From the NCBI GenBank assembly GCA_030739735.1, contig JASLYQ010000015.1, positions 5,733 to 69,732 on the forward strand: a stretch of DNA of 64,000 nucleotides, given 5' to 3'. The stretch comes from Alphaproteobacteria bacterium. GTDB taxonomy: Bacteria; Pseudomonadota; Alphaproteobacteria; UBA7887. The position numbers were made by a program, and so were the translations under genes. The notes under the pieces are model-generated. The model saw only the letters and a program-made list of their open reading frames with translations. It searched no databases and had not been told where the DNA came from. Position 1 is the first letter of the stretch. The number at the start of each line of letters is the position of its first letter. Shown here one piece after another: positions 1-9,385 of this stretch.

Positions 1-43
1 CGCAGACCAGGTTTTCAAAACATGAGAGCGAGCGGATAACGCC

Positions 44-1336
44 ATGGCCGAACCGAAATTCCTCGATTTCGAAACCCTCGCCCTGCATGCGGGGCAACAT
101 CCCGATCCAGAATTCGGAGCACGGGCGGTACCGATCTACCAGACCACGTCTTATGTCTTTCCCGATACCGAGACGGCCGCTTCGATGTTCAATCTGGAGC
201 GCGGCGGACATCTCTATTCGCGTATCAGCAATCCCACCGTGGCGGTGTTGGAGGAGCGGCTGGCGGCGCTGGAGAAAGGCGTTGGTGGCATTTGCACCGC
301 GAGCGGCATGGCCGCGCTACATCTCGCCATCTCGACCTTGATGGACGCGGGCGGCCATGTCGTGGCCTCGAAGTCTATTTACGGCGGCAGCTATAACATC
401 CTCTGTCATACTCTGCCTCGTTTCGGAATCACAACGAGCTTTGTCGACCCACGCGATCCAGCGGCCTTCAAGGCCGCAATCCGCCCCAAAACACGGCTGA
501 TCTTCGGCGAAACCCTGGGCAATCCGGGGCTCGAGGTGATGGACATTCCCGCCATCGCCGAGATCGCGCATGCAGCGCGCATCCCGCTGATGATCGACAA
601 CACCTTTGCCACGCCGCATCTCTGCCAGCCGCTGACCATGGGGGCCGATATTGCCCATCACTCGGCGACCAAGTTCCTCGGCGGTCATGGCGTCGCCATC
701 GGCGGCGCTCTTGTCGAGGGTGGGCGTTTCGATTGGGAGACCGGCGACTTCCCAACCCTGACCGAGCCTTACGAGGGTTATCACGGTCTCGATTTCTCAG
801 AGGAGTTCGGCCCGGCGGCGATGATCATGCGCGCCCGCGCCGAGGGCCTGCGTGATTTCGGCTACTGCATGAGCCCGCAGACCGCCTTCTATATTCTCAT
901 GGGCGTGGAGACCCTGGCCGTGCGCATGGCGCGGCATGTGGAAAACACGCGCGCCGTAGTCGAGTATCTGGTGGCTCACGAGGCGGTCGACTGGGTGACC
1001 TATCCTGAGTTGCCAGAACATCCTGACCACGACCTCGCTAAGCGCCTGTTGCCCAAGGGCTGCGGCGCCATTTTCTCTTTCGGCATCAAAGGCGGCCGCG
1101 ACGCGGGACGCAAGTTCATCGAGCGCTTGCGCCTGTTCTCACATCTCGCCAATGTCGGCGACGCTAAATCGCTCGTTATCCATCCGGCCAGCACCACGCA
1201 CCAGCAGATGAGCGCCGACGAGCTCAAGGCGGCAGGCGTCGGTGAGGAATTAGTTCGTCTCTCGATCGGCCTCGAGAACGCAGACGATATCAAGGAAGAT
1301 TTAGGCCAGGCGCTGCGCGCTTCGCAAAGGAGTTGA
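44..1336 (+). CDS. metY: O-acetylhomoserine aminocarboxypropyltransferase (sulfhydrylase), PLP-dependent
   Basis: 430-aa ORF. The N-terminus (FETLALHAGQ), the PLP-lysine region and overall similarity match the Cys/Met-metabolism PLP enzyme family (MetY/MetZ type). Confidence 0.85.
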   Translation: MAEPKFLDFETLALHAGQHPDPEFGARAVPIYQTTSYVFPDTETAASMFNLERGGHLYSRISNPTVAVLEERLAALEKGVGGICTASGMAALHLAISTLMDAGGHVVASKSIYGGSYNILCHTLPRFGITTSFVDPRDPAAFKAAIRPKTRLIFGETLGNPGLEVMDIPAIAEIAHAARIPLMIDNTFATPHLCQPLTMGADIAHHSATKFLGGHGVAIGGALVEGGRFDWETGDFPTLTEPYEGYHGLDFSEEFGPAAMIMRARAEGLRDFGYCMSPQTAFYILMGVETLAVRMARHVENTRAVVEYLVAHEAVDWVTYPELPEHPDHDLAKRLLPKGCGAIFSFGIKGGRDAGRKFIERLRLFSHLANVGDAKSLVIHPASTTHQQMSADELKAAGVGEELVRLSIGLENADDIKEDLGQALRASQRS

Positions 1337-1340
1337 GGCG

Positions 1341-2132
1341 ATGATCGAACTAGAGGTCGACGGCAGGACGGCGCACGCAGCGACCGGCGGCAAGCCGTTC
1401 GATGCTGACTTGCCGCTCGTGGTCTTCGTCCACGGCGCCAACCTGGACCACACGGTTTGGGCTCTGCAAAGCCGCTATTTCGCCTATAACGGCCATGCCG
1501 TGCTGGCCCTCGACCTGCCCGGTCACGGCCGTTCGGCCGGGCCCGGCCTCGACAGCATTCCAAAGATGGGTGCCTGGATCTGGCGCCTCGTCGATGCCAC
1601 GGGCGCAAAGGACGCGGCGCTAGTCGGGCACAGCATGGGCGCCCTGGTCACGCTCGAGGCGGCCCGCCAGGCACCGAATTGCAGCCGCGCCCTAGCCCTG
1701 GTCGGCGCCAGCGCGCCGATGCCGGTCAGCGACGGCCTGCTCGCCGCCACCCGTGAGGATCCGTCTCGGGCGCGGCGCATGATCATCTCCTATGCCTACG
1801 GCCAGCGCAGCCATGTCGGCGGCATGCGCGTGCCGGGCCTGTGGATGTCGGGCGGTGGGTTGTCTCTGCTGGACCGCGGCGACGATAAGGTGCTGGCCCA
1901 GGATTTCAGCGCCTGCAACGCCTATGACGAGGGGCCGCAGGCGGCAGCGGAGGTAACCTGCCCGACGCTCGTGGTCTGCGGCGACGACGACCGCATGACA
2001 CCGGAACGTGCCGGCCGAGCTCTGGCGGAGAGCTTCGCCGACGCCCGCGTTACAGTCATTCGCGACTCCGGCCACATGCTACCCACCGAGCAACCCGACC
2101 GGACCTTGGATGCGCTGGCGGCGTTTCTCTGA
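1341..2132 (+). CDS. alpha/beta-fold hydrolase
   Basis: 263 aa with a GHSMGA nucleophile-elbow motif. The start lies 5 nt after the metY stop, so co-transcription with metY is likely. Confidence 0.7.
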   Translation: MIELEVDGRTAHAATGGKPFDADLPLVVFVHGANLDHTVWALQSRYFAYNGHAVLALDLPGHGRSAGPGLDSIPKMGAWIWRLVDATGAKDAALVGHSMGALVTLEAARQAPNCSRALALVGASAPMPVSDGLLAATREDPSRARRMIISYAYGQRSHVGGMRVPGLWMSGGGLSLLDRGDDKVLAQDFSACNAYDEGPQAAAEVTCPTLVVCGDDDRMTPERAGRALAESFADARVTVIRDSGHMLPTEQPDRTLDALAAFL

Positions 2133-2278
2133 TTTAGGCTCTACAGGCTATTGTGCGAAAGCGATTGTGGTGCAATGGCATTTTCTGGCATGATGCCGGA
2201 TGACATCGTAACACACGAGTGACATCTACCTGCGATTCTCTATTATGCAGCTGTACCATCTAATGGGGAGGACGAATA

Positions 2279-3778
2279 ATGGGTACGTATCTCAGCGAAA
2301 AAGAGCTAGCGGGGCTCGACCCCGCGCAGAGCGGCTTTGGCTCAGCGGTGCCGACGCAGATGATCTCGAATGGTGAGTTCAATCCGTTGCCGCAGACGCC
2401 GAAGCAGAAGCAGGTCGAAGCGCGACTTACGGAGCTGGCCGAACTGCATGGCAAGAAGCAAGGGCTCGATCGTCGTGCATTCCTGCAGTCGAGCTGCGGC
2501 ATGGCAGCCGCATTCGTGGCCATGAATGAGGTCTACGGGAATGTCTTTGACGTCAGCGAGGCCGAGGCGGCGACGCCGGAGATGATGGTTGAGCGCGCGG
2601 CAGCGCTATCACACCAGTTTATCCTCGACGACCAGACCCATTTCCTGCATGACGATTTCAATCAGGAAGGGCTGTTGGGTCTTGGCGTCTTTGCTTCCGA
2701 GCATTGGAACCCGGCACTCGATCCGGCCGACCTGTCGCTCTACTACTACAAGTTCGAGAATTACGTGCGGCAGATCTTCTTCAACAGCGACACCAAGGTG
2801 GCGCTGCTGAGCGGCGCACCGTTCGATGATCCGTCTTGGTGGCTGCTTCCCAACGATCAAATCAAGGAAGCGGTCGACATGGTCAACCTCGTCGCGGGCT
2901 CGCGGCGCATGCTTGGCCACTTCGTCATCACGCCCGGCCAGGACGGCTGGATGGACGAAGTCGATCGGGCCATTGACGAGGTGCATCCGGACGGTTGGAA
3001 GTCCTACACCATCGGCGATCCGCTCTCGGCAGCGACCAAGTACCCATGGCGCCTCGACGACGAGGAGTTGATGTACCCCTTCTACGAGAAGGCGATGAAG
3101 GCCGGCATCAGGAACGTCGCCTGTCACAAGGGCTTGGCACCCGCCGACTACGAGGAAAGCTGGAAGGATGTCTGGCGGTATCAGACCCCTTGGGATATCG
3201 CCAAGGTCGCTAAGGACTGGCCGGACATGAACTTTATCATCTACCACGGCTGTCTCCGTGCCTTCCTTGAGCTACCCGACGTATCCTTGGCCCACTTCGA
3301 GGCAACCGGTGAGATCGAATGGTCGAGCGACCTGGCCAGAGTCGTCTCTGAGAATGGGCTGACCAACGTCTATGCTGAACTCGGCACCAGCTTCGCCAAC
3401 TCGGCGACCGCTAATCCGCGCTTTGCCGCAGCGCTGCTTGGGACTTTCATCAAGCACATGGGTGCCGATCAGGTCGTTTGGGGCACGGATTCGCTCTGGT
3501 ATGGCAGCCCGCAGTGGCAGATCGAGGCCATGCGCCGCTTAGAGATCCCCGAGGACATGCAGAAAAAGCATGGCTTCGCTCCCATGGGCGGTGCCACCAG
3601 CGCGGTCAAGAACCAGATCTTTGGTTACAACTCGGCCAACCTCTTCGAGCTCGACGTGCGCGAAGCTATGGCCCCGTTGGAGGCGGACAAGTTCGCCGCG
3701 ATCAAGGACAAGTACGACGCCCAAGGCGGGCTGCATCCAAACGCCGCCTCCGGCTTCATCGACACCTCCGCCGCCTAA
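2279..3778 (+). CDS. amidohydrolase-family metal-dependent hydrolase, possibly Tat-exported
   Basis: 499-aa ORF with a GGGGAGGA RBS 8 nt upstream. An internal twin-arginine motif (RRAFLQSSCGMAAAFVA) is followed by an amidohydrolase-2-like region. The start and export status are uncertain. Confidence 0.5.
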   Translation: MGTYLSEKELAGLDPAQSGFGSAVPTQMISNGEFNPLPQTPKQKQVEARLTELAELHGKKQGLDRRAFLQSSCGMAAAFVAMNEVYGNVFDVSEAEAATPEMMVERAAALSHQFILDDQTHFLHDDFNQEGLLGLGVFASEHWNPALDPADLSLYYYKFENYVRQIFFNSDTKVALLSGAPFDDPSWWLLPNDQIKEAVDMVNLVAGSRRMLGHFVITPGQDGWMDEVDRAIDEVHPDGWKSYTIGDPLSAATKYPWRLDDEELMYPFYEKAMKAGIRNVACHKGLAPADYEESWKDVWRYQTPWDIAKVAKDWPDMNFIIYHGCLRAFLELPDVSLAHFEATGEIEWSSDLARVVSENGLTNVYAELGTSFANSATANPRFAAALLGTFIKHMGADQVVWGTDSLWYGSPQWQIEAMRRLEIPEDMQKKHGFAPMGGATSAVKNQIFGYNSANLFELDVREAMAPLEADKFAAIKDKYDAQGGLHPNAASGFIDTSAA

Positions 3779-3799
3779 TCGGCGCGAGTTTCTGACCAG

Positions 3800-3834
3800 G
3801 GCCGGAGACCCGTGGGTCTCCGGCCCTTTCTTTT
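3800..3834 (+). terminator. Rho-independent terminator
   Basis: Perfect GC-rich hairpin GGCCGGAGACC-cgtg-GGTCTCCGGCC followed by CTTTCTTTT, 22 nt after the amidohydrolase stop. Confidence 0.7.
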
Positions 3835-3905
3835 GCGGGTGGCCGGGCGTAAAACAGACTGCGAACCGCCGATTTCGACAAGATGCCATGCAAAGGGAGA
3901 AGACG

Positions 3906-4367
3906 ATGGCAACCGTCTTGCGTAAGATTCGAGTTCTCGCCGCGCTCGCGGTACTGCTTCCAGCACTGTCCTTCGGGAGCGCCACAGCCCGTGCCGACGA
4001 TGCCGAAGCAGGGCGCGAGCTCTATATCGATCTCTGTACCAAGTGCCACGGCCTGATCACCGAGGACGTGATCAGCTGGCGGCCGGAGGCACTGTTGCAG
4101 CAAGCCGTGACCATGCCGCTCGGCCCGTCGCTCACCGGGGTCTATGGCCGCGAAGCGGGCATCATGGCCAACTACCCCTATTCGCGCGCCTTCCGCGCGG
4201 CGATCGAGAATCCCTGGACCTGGGACGAAGATGCGCTCGACGGCTGGCTTTACAGTAGCCAGGGCTTCATCCGTGGCTCGACCATGTTTCTCAAGGTCGA
4301 GGACGATGACCAGCGCGCCAAGGTCATCACGTATCTCAAGAAATACGCGCAGCATCAAGGCCGATAG
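3906..4367 (+). CDS. c-type cytochrome (mono-haem, CxxCH)
   Basis: Signal peptide MATVLRKIRVLAALAVLLPALSFGSATARA, then a CTKCHG haem-binding motif. An in-frame alternative start is at 3888. Confidence 0.7.
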   Translation: MATVLRKIRVLAALAVLLPALSFGSATARADDAEAGRELYIDLCTKCHGLITEDVISWRPEALLQQAVTMPLGPSLTGVYGREAGIMANYPYSRAFRAAIENPWTWDEDALDGWLYSSQGFIRGSTMFLKVEDDDQRAKVITYLKKYAQHQGR

Positions 4368-4682
4368 GCTGTCTACAGCAGATGTCCCGAAACATCCTAG
4401 TCCACGCTGACTGCAGCGGCGGCTGGGCTCACGGCCTGACTGCAGCGACTGCGCCGGCCACTCGCCACGAAGCCCATGCAGCGACGTCGGCTCGACCCGC
4501 GACACAGTAAATACGGCAAGTTGCCTTCAGACCCTGACCCACAACCCCGAGTGCGAAACCGTGGTCAGCGAGGCCACTGTGAGCATGGCGGGAGAGCCGC
4601 CAGAGGACTTGTAGCCGGCGCCAGCGCAACAGCTACGCGGCGGTCATGATACCATCGCGGCGGGCGTGTCGCGTGGAGACGC

Positions 4683-5246
4683 TTAGTTGCTATCAAGCTC
4701 GGTGTCCCAGTAAAGATAATCACACCAACTTTCGTGTAGATAGTTAGGCGGGAAACGGCGACCTATGCGTTGCAGCTCGTGCACGGTAGGCACGCGCGGT
4801 GGATTGCGCGGCGACATGGAGCATTCTCTGGGAATGCGGTCACCCTTGACCAGATTACAGTACCCGCAGGCCGTAACCACGTTCGACCAGCGCGTCGCAC
4901 CGCCACGAGAGCGCGGCACCACATGGTCGAAGGTGAGATCCTCCGAGCGACGTCGCCCGCCGCAATACTGGCATGCAAAGCCGTCACGCAGAAATACGTT
5001 AAAACGGGTAAAGGCCGGCCGATGGTCAGAGCGCACGTAGGATTTGAGTGAGACTACGCTCGGCAACCGTATGCACCACGACGGCGAATGCACCTCGCGC
5101 TCATATTCGGCGACAATATTGACGCGCTCGAGGAAGACGGCCTTGACCACTTCCCGCCATGGCCAGAGCGACAACGGGAAGTAACTCAACGGGCGGAAAT
5201 CCGCGTTGAGTACGAGCGCCGAGCAGCTATTGAGCGCAACTGTCAC
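4683..5246 (-). CDS. HNH endonuclease family protein (small, stand-alone)
   Basis: HNH motif FDHVVPRSRGG...WSNVVTACGYCN. The likely start is GTG at 5246 (M/VTVALNSCSALVLNADFRPL), with a GGGAGAG RBS 4 nt upstream. The longer ORF upstream is probably a GC artefact. Confidence 0.7.
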   Translation of the reverse strand: MTVALNSCSALVLNADFRPLSYFPLSLWPWREVVKAVFLERVNIVAEYEREVHSPSWCIRLPSVVSLKSYVRSDHRPAFTRFNVFLRDGFACQYCGGRRRSEDLTFDHVVPRSRGGATRWSNVVTACGYCNLVKGDRIPRECSMSPRNPPRVPTVHELQRIGRRFPPNYLHESWCDYLYWDTELDSN

Positions 5247-5398
5247 CGGTCTCTCCCTGGCCTCAGACCCTTTTGCTGGAGCGAGTTTAGGCGGGCCGCG
5301 CTGGCAGGGCAAGCCGCGCCGTATTGAAGTTTTGGTTTCCGCCTCTTCGCTTCGCCCATACAATCGCGTCGCCACTGCCACAGAGAGGCGGTAGTACG

Positions 5399-6412
5399 AT
5401 GATGATTGTGATGGGAAAACCGCGAATGAGCATGCTCGACAGACGCGCCTTCCTTGCCGGCGCGGCAGCAATAGCAGCGGGCGGTTGCGCCGATGACGAC
5501 AATTTCAGCCTGATCGCTGATGACGACGACACGCCGCTGGTAATCCCGCCAGAGGGCCAGGCGCGCGTTGCCGTGCGCGGCGGCGAAATCTGGTATCGCG
5601 TTGTGGGCAACGGCCCCGGCGCCCCTTTGCTAGTGGTGCATGGTGGGCCCGGCCTCAGCCACGACTATCTGCTGCCCCTCGAAGCGCTCGGCCGCGATCG
5701 CGCGGTGATCTTCTACGACCAACTCGACTGCGGCAAGTCGGACAAGCCCGGCGCACCAGCCAACTGGCAAATCTCGCGCTTCGTCGACGAGATCCGCGTA
5801 TTGAGCGCAAGTCTGGGGCTCAATCGCTACCATCTGCTCGGCCATTCCTGGGGCGGACTGCTGGCCGCTGAGTTAGCTGCCACCAACAGCCGAAACCTTG
5901 TCTCCTGCGTACTTGCCAGCCCATTGATCAGCGCTCAGCAATGGATGTCCGACAATCTGCGCTGGCGCAAACTTCTACCGTCCGAAGTGCGGCAGGTACT
6001 GGACGAGAACGAGGCCGCCGGTACGGTGCGCAGCACCGCATACCAGCAGGCGGCTATGGCCTTCTACCGCCGCCATCTCTGCCGCATGGAACCCTGGCCG
6101 CAGCCCCTGATGACCTCGCTCGAGGAGGGCAACTCCGCGCTCTACCGGACCATGTGGGGCGAGACCGAGTTCCGCGCCACGGGCAGTCTGCACGACTATG
6201 ACGGCACGCCAAATCTGGCGCGCATTACGGTGCCACTGCTGTTCACCTGCGGTGAGTTCGACGAGGCCCCGCCGGCGACGCTGCACCGCTACAGCAAACT
6301 GGCGGTGGGTTCGGAAGTGCGCGTCTTCACCGACGCCTCGCACACGGCGCATCTGGAGCAGGAAGAGGCCTACATCCACGCGCTGGCCACTTGGCTCAAC
6401 GGCATCGGCTAA
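5399..6412 (+). CDS. proline iminopeptidase-family alpha/beta hydrolase with Tat/lipoprotein-like signal
   Basis: RRAFLAGAAAIAAGGC twin-arginine plus lipobox-like N-terminus, a GHSWGG nucleophile elbow and the prolyl aminopeptidase-like fold. The start could be 5399 or 5426. Confidence 0.7.
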   Translation: MMIVMGKPRMSMLDRRAFLAGAAAIAAGGCADDDNFSLIADDDDTPLVIPPEGQARVAVRGGEIWYRVVGNGPGAPLLVVHGGPGLSHDYLLPLEALGRDRAVIFYDQLDCGKSDKPGAPANWQISRFVDEIRVLSASLGLNRYHLLGHSWGGLLAAELAATNSRNLVSCVLASPLISAQQWMSDNLRWRKLLPSEVRQVLDENEAAGTVRSTAYQQAAMAFYRRHLCRMEPWPQPLMTSLEEGNSALYRTMWGETEFRATGSLHDYDGTPNLARITVPLLFTCGEFDEAPPATLHRYSKLAVGSEVRVFTDASHTAHLEQEEAYIHALATWLNGIG

Positions 6413-6423
6413 ACGAGGAAGAA

Positions 6424-7215
6424 ATGGAAATGGTAGAGCTGTGCAATCCGGTTCGTGAGCGCATCGACGCGGGTCAACTAGCGATCGGCATGGGCCTACG
6501 CCAGGCGCGCACGGTCGATATCGCCAAAGCCATGAAGACGTGTGGCTATGACTGGCTGTTCATCGACATGGAGCATGGCCTGTTCTCGCTCGACGACGCG
6601 GTACAGATCAGCAATGCCGCACAGGACGCGGGCGTTGCACCCTTCGTGCGCGTGCCGGGCTACGAGCACTACCACGCCAGCCGCGTGCTCGACGGAGGCG
6701 CCATGGGCGTCGTCTTCCCGCATGTGGATACGCCCGAGCACGCGGCAACCCTGGCGAGCTATTGCAAATATCCGCCCGACGGCAAACGCTCGATGGGCGG
6801 CACCATGGCGCAGCTCGACTTCGCGACCCTGCCAACTGACGAGATGGCAGCTGCGGTCAATTCTGGCACCATGGTAGTGATGATGATCGAGACGCCGCTG
6901 GCCGTAACCAATGCTGATGCCATCGCCGCCGTACCGGCAGTCGATGCCCTGCTCGTCGGTACCAACGATCTCTGCCTAGAGATGGGCATTCCCGGCCAAA
7001 TTGGCCATGACCGCGTGGTCCAGGCCTATGAAGTGATCATCGCCGCCTGCAAGGCGCACGGCAAAATTCCGGCACTCGGTGGCGTTTACACTCCGGACCT
7101 CATGGAGCGCTATGTCGGCATGGGTATGCAGATGGTGCTCGGTGGTAGTGACATGGCGCTACTGATGTCCGCCGCCAAGGAGCGCAGCGCCTTTCTGCGC
7201 GGCCTGCAAGACTGA
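6424..7215 (+). CDS. HpcH/HpaI-family 2-keto-3-deoxy-acid aldolase
   Basis: 264 aa. Family-typical motifs YDWLFIDMEHG and MIETP. An AGGAAG RBS precedes the ATG at 6424. Confidence 0.8.
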   Translation: MEMVELCNPVRERIDAGQLAIGMGLRQARTVDIAKAMKTCGYDWLFIDMEHGLFSLDDAVQISNAAQDAGVAPFVRVPGYEHYHASRVLDGGAMGVVFPHVDTPEHAATLASYCKYPPDGKRSMGGTMAQLDFATLPTDEMAAAVNSGTMVVMMIETPLAVTNADAIAAVPAVDALLVGTNDLCLEMGIPGQIGHDRVVQAYEVIIAACKAHGKIPALGGVYTPDLMERYVGMGMQMVLGGSDMALLMSAAKERSAFLRGLQD

Positions 7216-7227
7216 CGTCCGCCTGCC

Positions 7228-8079
7228 TTGCCAAGCGCCTCACCCTGGGTCACCCGCTTTGCGCCGAGTCCCACGGGGTTCATGCATCTCGGCCACGCCT
7301 ATGCAGCGCTGTTCGCCTGGAGCGAGGCCAAGCGGCGGCACGGCCATTTCCTGCTACGCATCGAGGACATCGACCAGGGTCGCACGCGCGAGGTTTTCGA
7401 GAGCGCTATATACGAGGATCTCGCTTGGCTTGGCCTCGACTGGGAGACGCCGGTGCGACGCCAGTCCGAGCATATGGAGGACTACGTCGCAGCATTGACA
7501 CGGCTCGACGAGCTCGGCGTGATCTATCCCTGCTTCTGCTCACGCCGTGAGATCCGCGCCGAGATCAAGCATGCCGGCGAGGCGCCGCACGGGCTCGACG
7601 GCGTGATCTATCCCGGCACGTGCCGCAGCCTCGCCTACGAGGCGCGGCACCAGGGCATCCTCATGGGCCGCCCGCATGCCTGGCGCCTCGACATAGCGCG
7701 TGCATTGGAGATCACCGGACCCCTCGAATGGAGCGACCGCGCCGCCGGGCAGCAGGCGGCGGACGTACTCACCGCCGGCGACATAGTGGTGGCGCGCAAG
7801 GACGTGCCAACCAGCTATCACCTCGCAGTCACGGTTGATGACGGCATCCAGGGTGTCACCCTAGTCACCCGCGGTGACGATCTATTTCACGCCACCGCCA
7901 TCCACCGCCTGCTGCAGGCACTGCTCGATATCCCGGCGCCGACCTGGCACCACCATTCCCTGATTACCGACTCAAGCGGCGCGCGGTTAGCCAAGCGCAA
8001 TCGCGCCACGACCTTGCGGTCACTGCGCAGGGCCGGCAAAACACCGGCAGAATTGCGCGCTATGGTGGGCTTCGCATAA
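7228..8079 (+). CDS. gluQ: tRNA glutamyl-Q(34) synthetase
   Basis: TRFAPSPTGFMHLGHAYAALFAW is the class-I HIGH region of a truncated GluRS paralogue. TTG start; 283 aa. Confidence 0.85.
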   Translation: MPSASPWVTRFAPSPTGFMHLGHAYAALFAWSEAKRRHGHFLLRIEDIDQGRTREVFESAIYEDLAWLGLDWETPVRRQSEHMEDYVAALTRLDELGVIYPCFCSRREIRAEIKHAGEAPHGLDGVIYPGTCRSLAYEARHQGILMGRPHAWRLDIARALEITGPLEWSDRAAGQQAADVLTAGDIVVARKDVPTSYHLAVTVDDGIQGVTLVTRGDDLFHATAIHRLLQALLDIPAPTWHHHSLITDSSGARLAKRNRATTLRSLRRAGKTPAELRAMVGFA

Positions 8080-8116
8080 GCAAGCGATACGGGAAAGGGT
8101 CTCTTAGCGGCTTAGC

Positions 8117-8328
8117 GTGCTCAGCCAAGTGCTCACCTACCAGAGCTATCTCGCCGACGACAGGACCAGTCTCGACAACCTTTTCTTTTATCCGATCCTC
8201 TGCTACGCCAATTTTATTCGCGAAGGCCGTGACCCTTTGGAAAAGTGCCTGCGATCACGGCTTGGCTTGCGCGCCTCGGCGAGCGCGTGTCGGTACAGGC
8301 CATCATGCTATCCGTCGATAAGCTTTAA
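8117..8328 (+). pseudogene. glutathione S-transferase C-terminal fragment, frameshifted and N-terminally truncated
   Basis: Two frames join to give ...YQSYLADDRTSLDNLFFYPILCYANFI... then ...PKVPAITAWLARLGERVSVQAIM*, the typical GST C-terminal domain. No N-terminal thioredoxin-like domain remains, because gluQ ends at 8079. Local GC is depressed. Confidence 0.5.
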
Positions 8329-8358
8329 GACAACGATCTATCAGAGGAATCCCGCACC

Positions 8359-9021
8359 ATGAGCAGACTATTTGGCGCCGAGCACCGCGCCCTTCAGGAC
8401 GCGTTCGACACTCGCCGCGTTGCCGATAAAATCGAGGCCATCGCAGTGACCACCGAGCTGAGTGAGTCCGACCAAGCATCTATAGCCAGCCAGGACATGT
8501 TCCTGCTCGCTACCGTTGACGAGAACGGCCGGCCAACGGTCTCCTACAAGGGCGGCGATCCTGGATTCGTCAAGGCGGTCGACGCCAAGACCATCGCTTT
8601 TCCGCTCTATGACGGCAACGGCATGTTCTATTCCGCCGGCAACGTGGTCGACAATGCCAATGTCGGCCTGCTATTCATCAATTTTGAGAACCCGCTGCGC
8701 ATGCGTATCCAGGGCACCGCGACGGCCAGCGTCGATGACCCGCTGATGAGCGAGTTCCACGAGGCTCTGATGGTGGTCCGCGTCACGGTCGAGGAGGTTT
8801 GGCCCAACTGCAACCGCTATATCCACCGCCGCCAGCGCACGGAAGCGTCTCGTTACGTACCGCGTGAAGGCACCAAGACACCGTTAGCCGGCTGGAAGCG
8901 CGTCGATATCGTGCAGGAGGACCTGCCGGCTAAGGATGTCGGCCGGGCCGAGGAGGAAGGCGGCCTGATCACCATCGAGGAATGGTTCGAGAAGGCGGCC
9001 ACCGGCGCCGACGACGCCTGA
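8359..9021 (+). CDS. pyridoxamine 5'-phosphate oxidase-like FMN-binding family protein
   Basis: 220 aa with a split-barrel PNPOx-like pattern (FLLATVDENGRPTVSYKGG...). Confidence 0.6.
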   Translation: MSRLFGAEHRALQDAFDTRRVADKIEAIAVTTELSESDQASIASQDMFLLATVDENGRPTVSYKGGDPGFVKAVDAKTIAFPLYDGNGMFYSAGNVVDNANVGLLFINFENPLRMRIQGTATASVDDPLMSEFHEALMVVRVTVEEVWPNCNRYIHRRQRTEASRYVPREGTKTPLAGWKRVDIVQEDLPAKDVGRAEEEGGLITIEEWFEKAATGADDA

Positions 9022-9038
9022 ACCAAGCGCAGCATTTA

Positions 9039-9365
9039 ATGAGCGAGGGCGAGCGCAGACTGGCGGCCATCCTTAGCGCCGATGTGGCCGGCTATAGCCG
9101 GTTGATGGGGCTAACGAGGAAACCACGGCCGCCGCGCTCGCCCAAAGTCGCGCTATATTTCGCGAAACCATCGCCGAGTACGGCGCGCCTTTGCCGACCC
9201 CTGCCCTAGTGCTTGCGGACTAACCCTCAATCGCCGTGCTTCCTTTCGCTAATATGAGCGGCGATCCGGAAAAAATATTTCTCCGGCGGCATTTTCAAGA
9301 ACATCACCACCGATGTACGAAGGCCTTCGGCCTATTCGTCATCGCCCGCAGCTTGAGCTTCTCCT
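9039..9365 (+). pseudogene. adenylate/guanylate cyclase-family regulator, N-terminal fragment with multiple frameshifts
   Basis: MSEGERRLAAILSADVAGYSRLMG is the canonical class III cyclase N-terminus. Downstream, family motifs appear in three different frames: ANEETTAAALAQSRAIFRETIAEYG; NMSGDPEK...YFSGGIFKNITTDV; and FVIARSLSF. Stops follow, and no catalytic domain is present. Confidence 0.5.
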
Positions 9366-9385
9366 AGAAGGGCCGATCTCGAGCC

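Noticed and set aside
317-1608. Long antisense or alternative-frame ORFs inside metY and the alpha/beta hydrolase. Similar long shadow ORFs occur throughout the window, e.g. 13502-14191(-), 18430-19443(+), 21328-21840(-) and 33157-33765(+).
   Set aside because: At about 65% GC, stop-poor shadow frames are expected. They are Arg/Ala/Pro-rich, have no recognisable domains and overlap strongly supported genes.
3570-3905. N-terminal 112-aa extension of the cytochrome c ORF.
   Set aside because: It overlaps the amidohydrolase 3' end and the terminator hairpin, and the signal peptide begins at the internal ATG at 3906.
4683-5246. HNH endonuclease as part of a restriction-modification or defence system.
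   Set aside because: There is no adjacent methyltransferase, ATPase or other defence gene. It matches a small stand-alone HNH family that appears to be common, and the neighbours are metabolic genes.
6424-7215. HpcH/HpaI aldolase as the EMC-pathway malyl-CoA lyase Mcl1.
   Set aside because: Its length (264 aa) and motifs fit the HpaI / 2-keto-3-deoxy-acid aldolase subgroup rather than the roughly 320-aa CitE-like Mcl1, and it lies 3 kb from the cluster with unrelated genes between.
8117-8362. 81-aa ORF as a genuine small protein.
   Set aside because: Its sequence is explained as a frameshifted GST C-terminal domain remnant.
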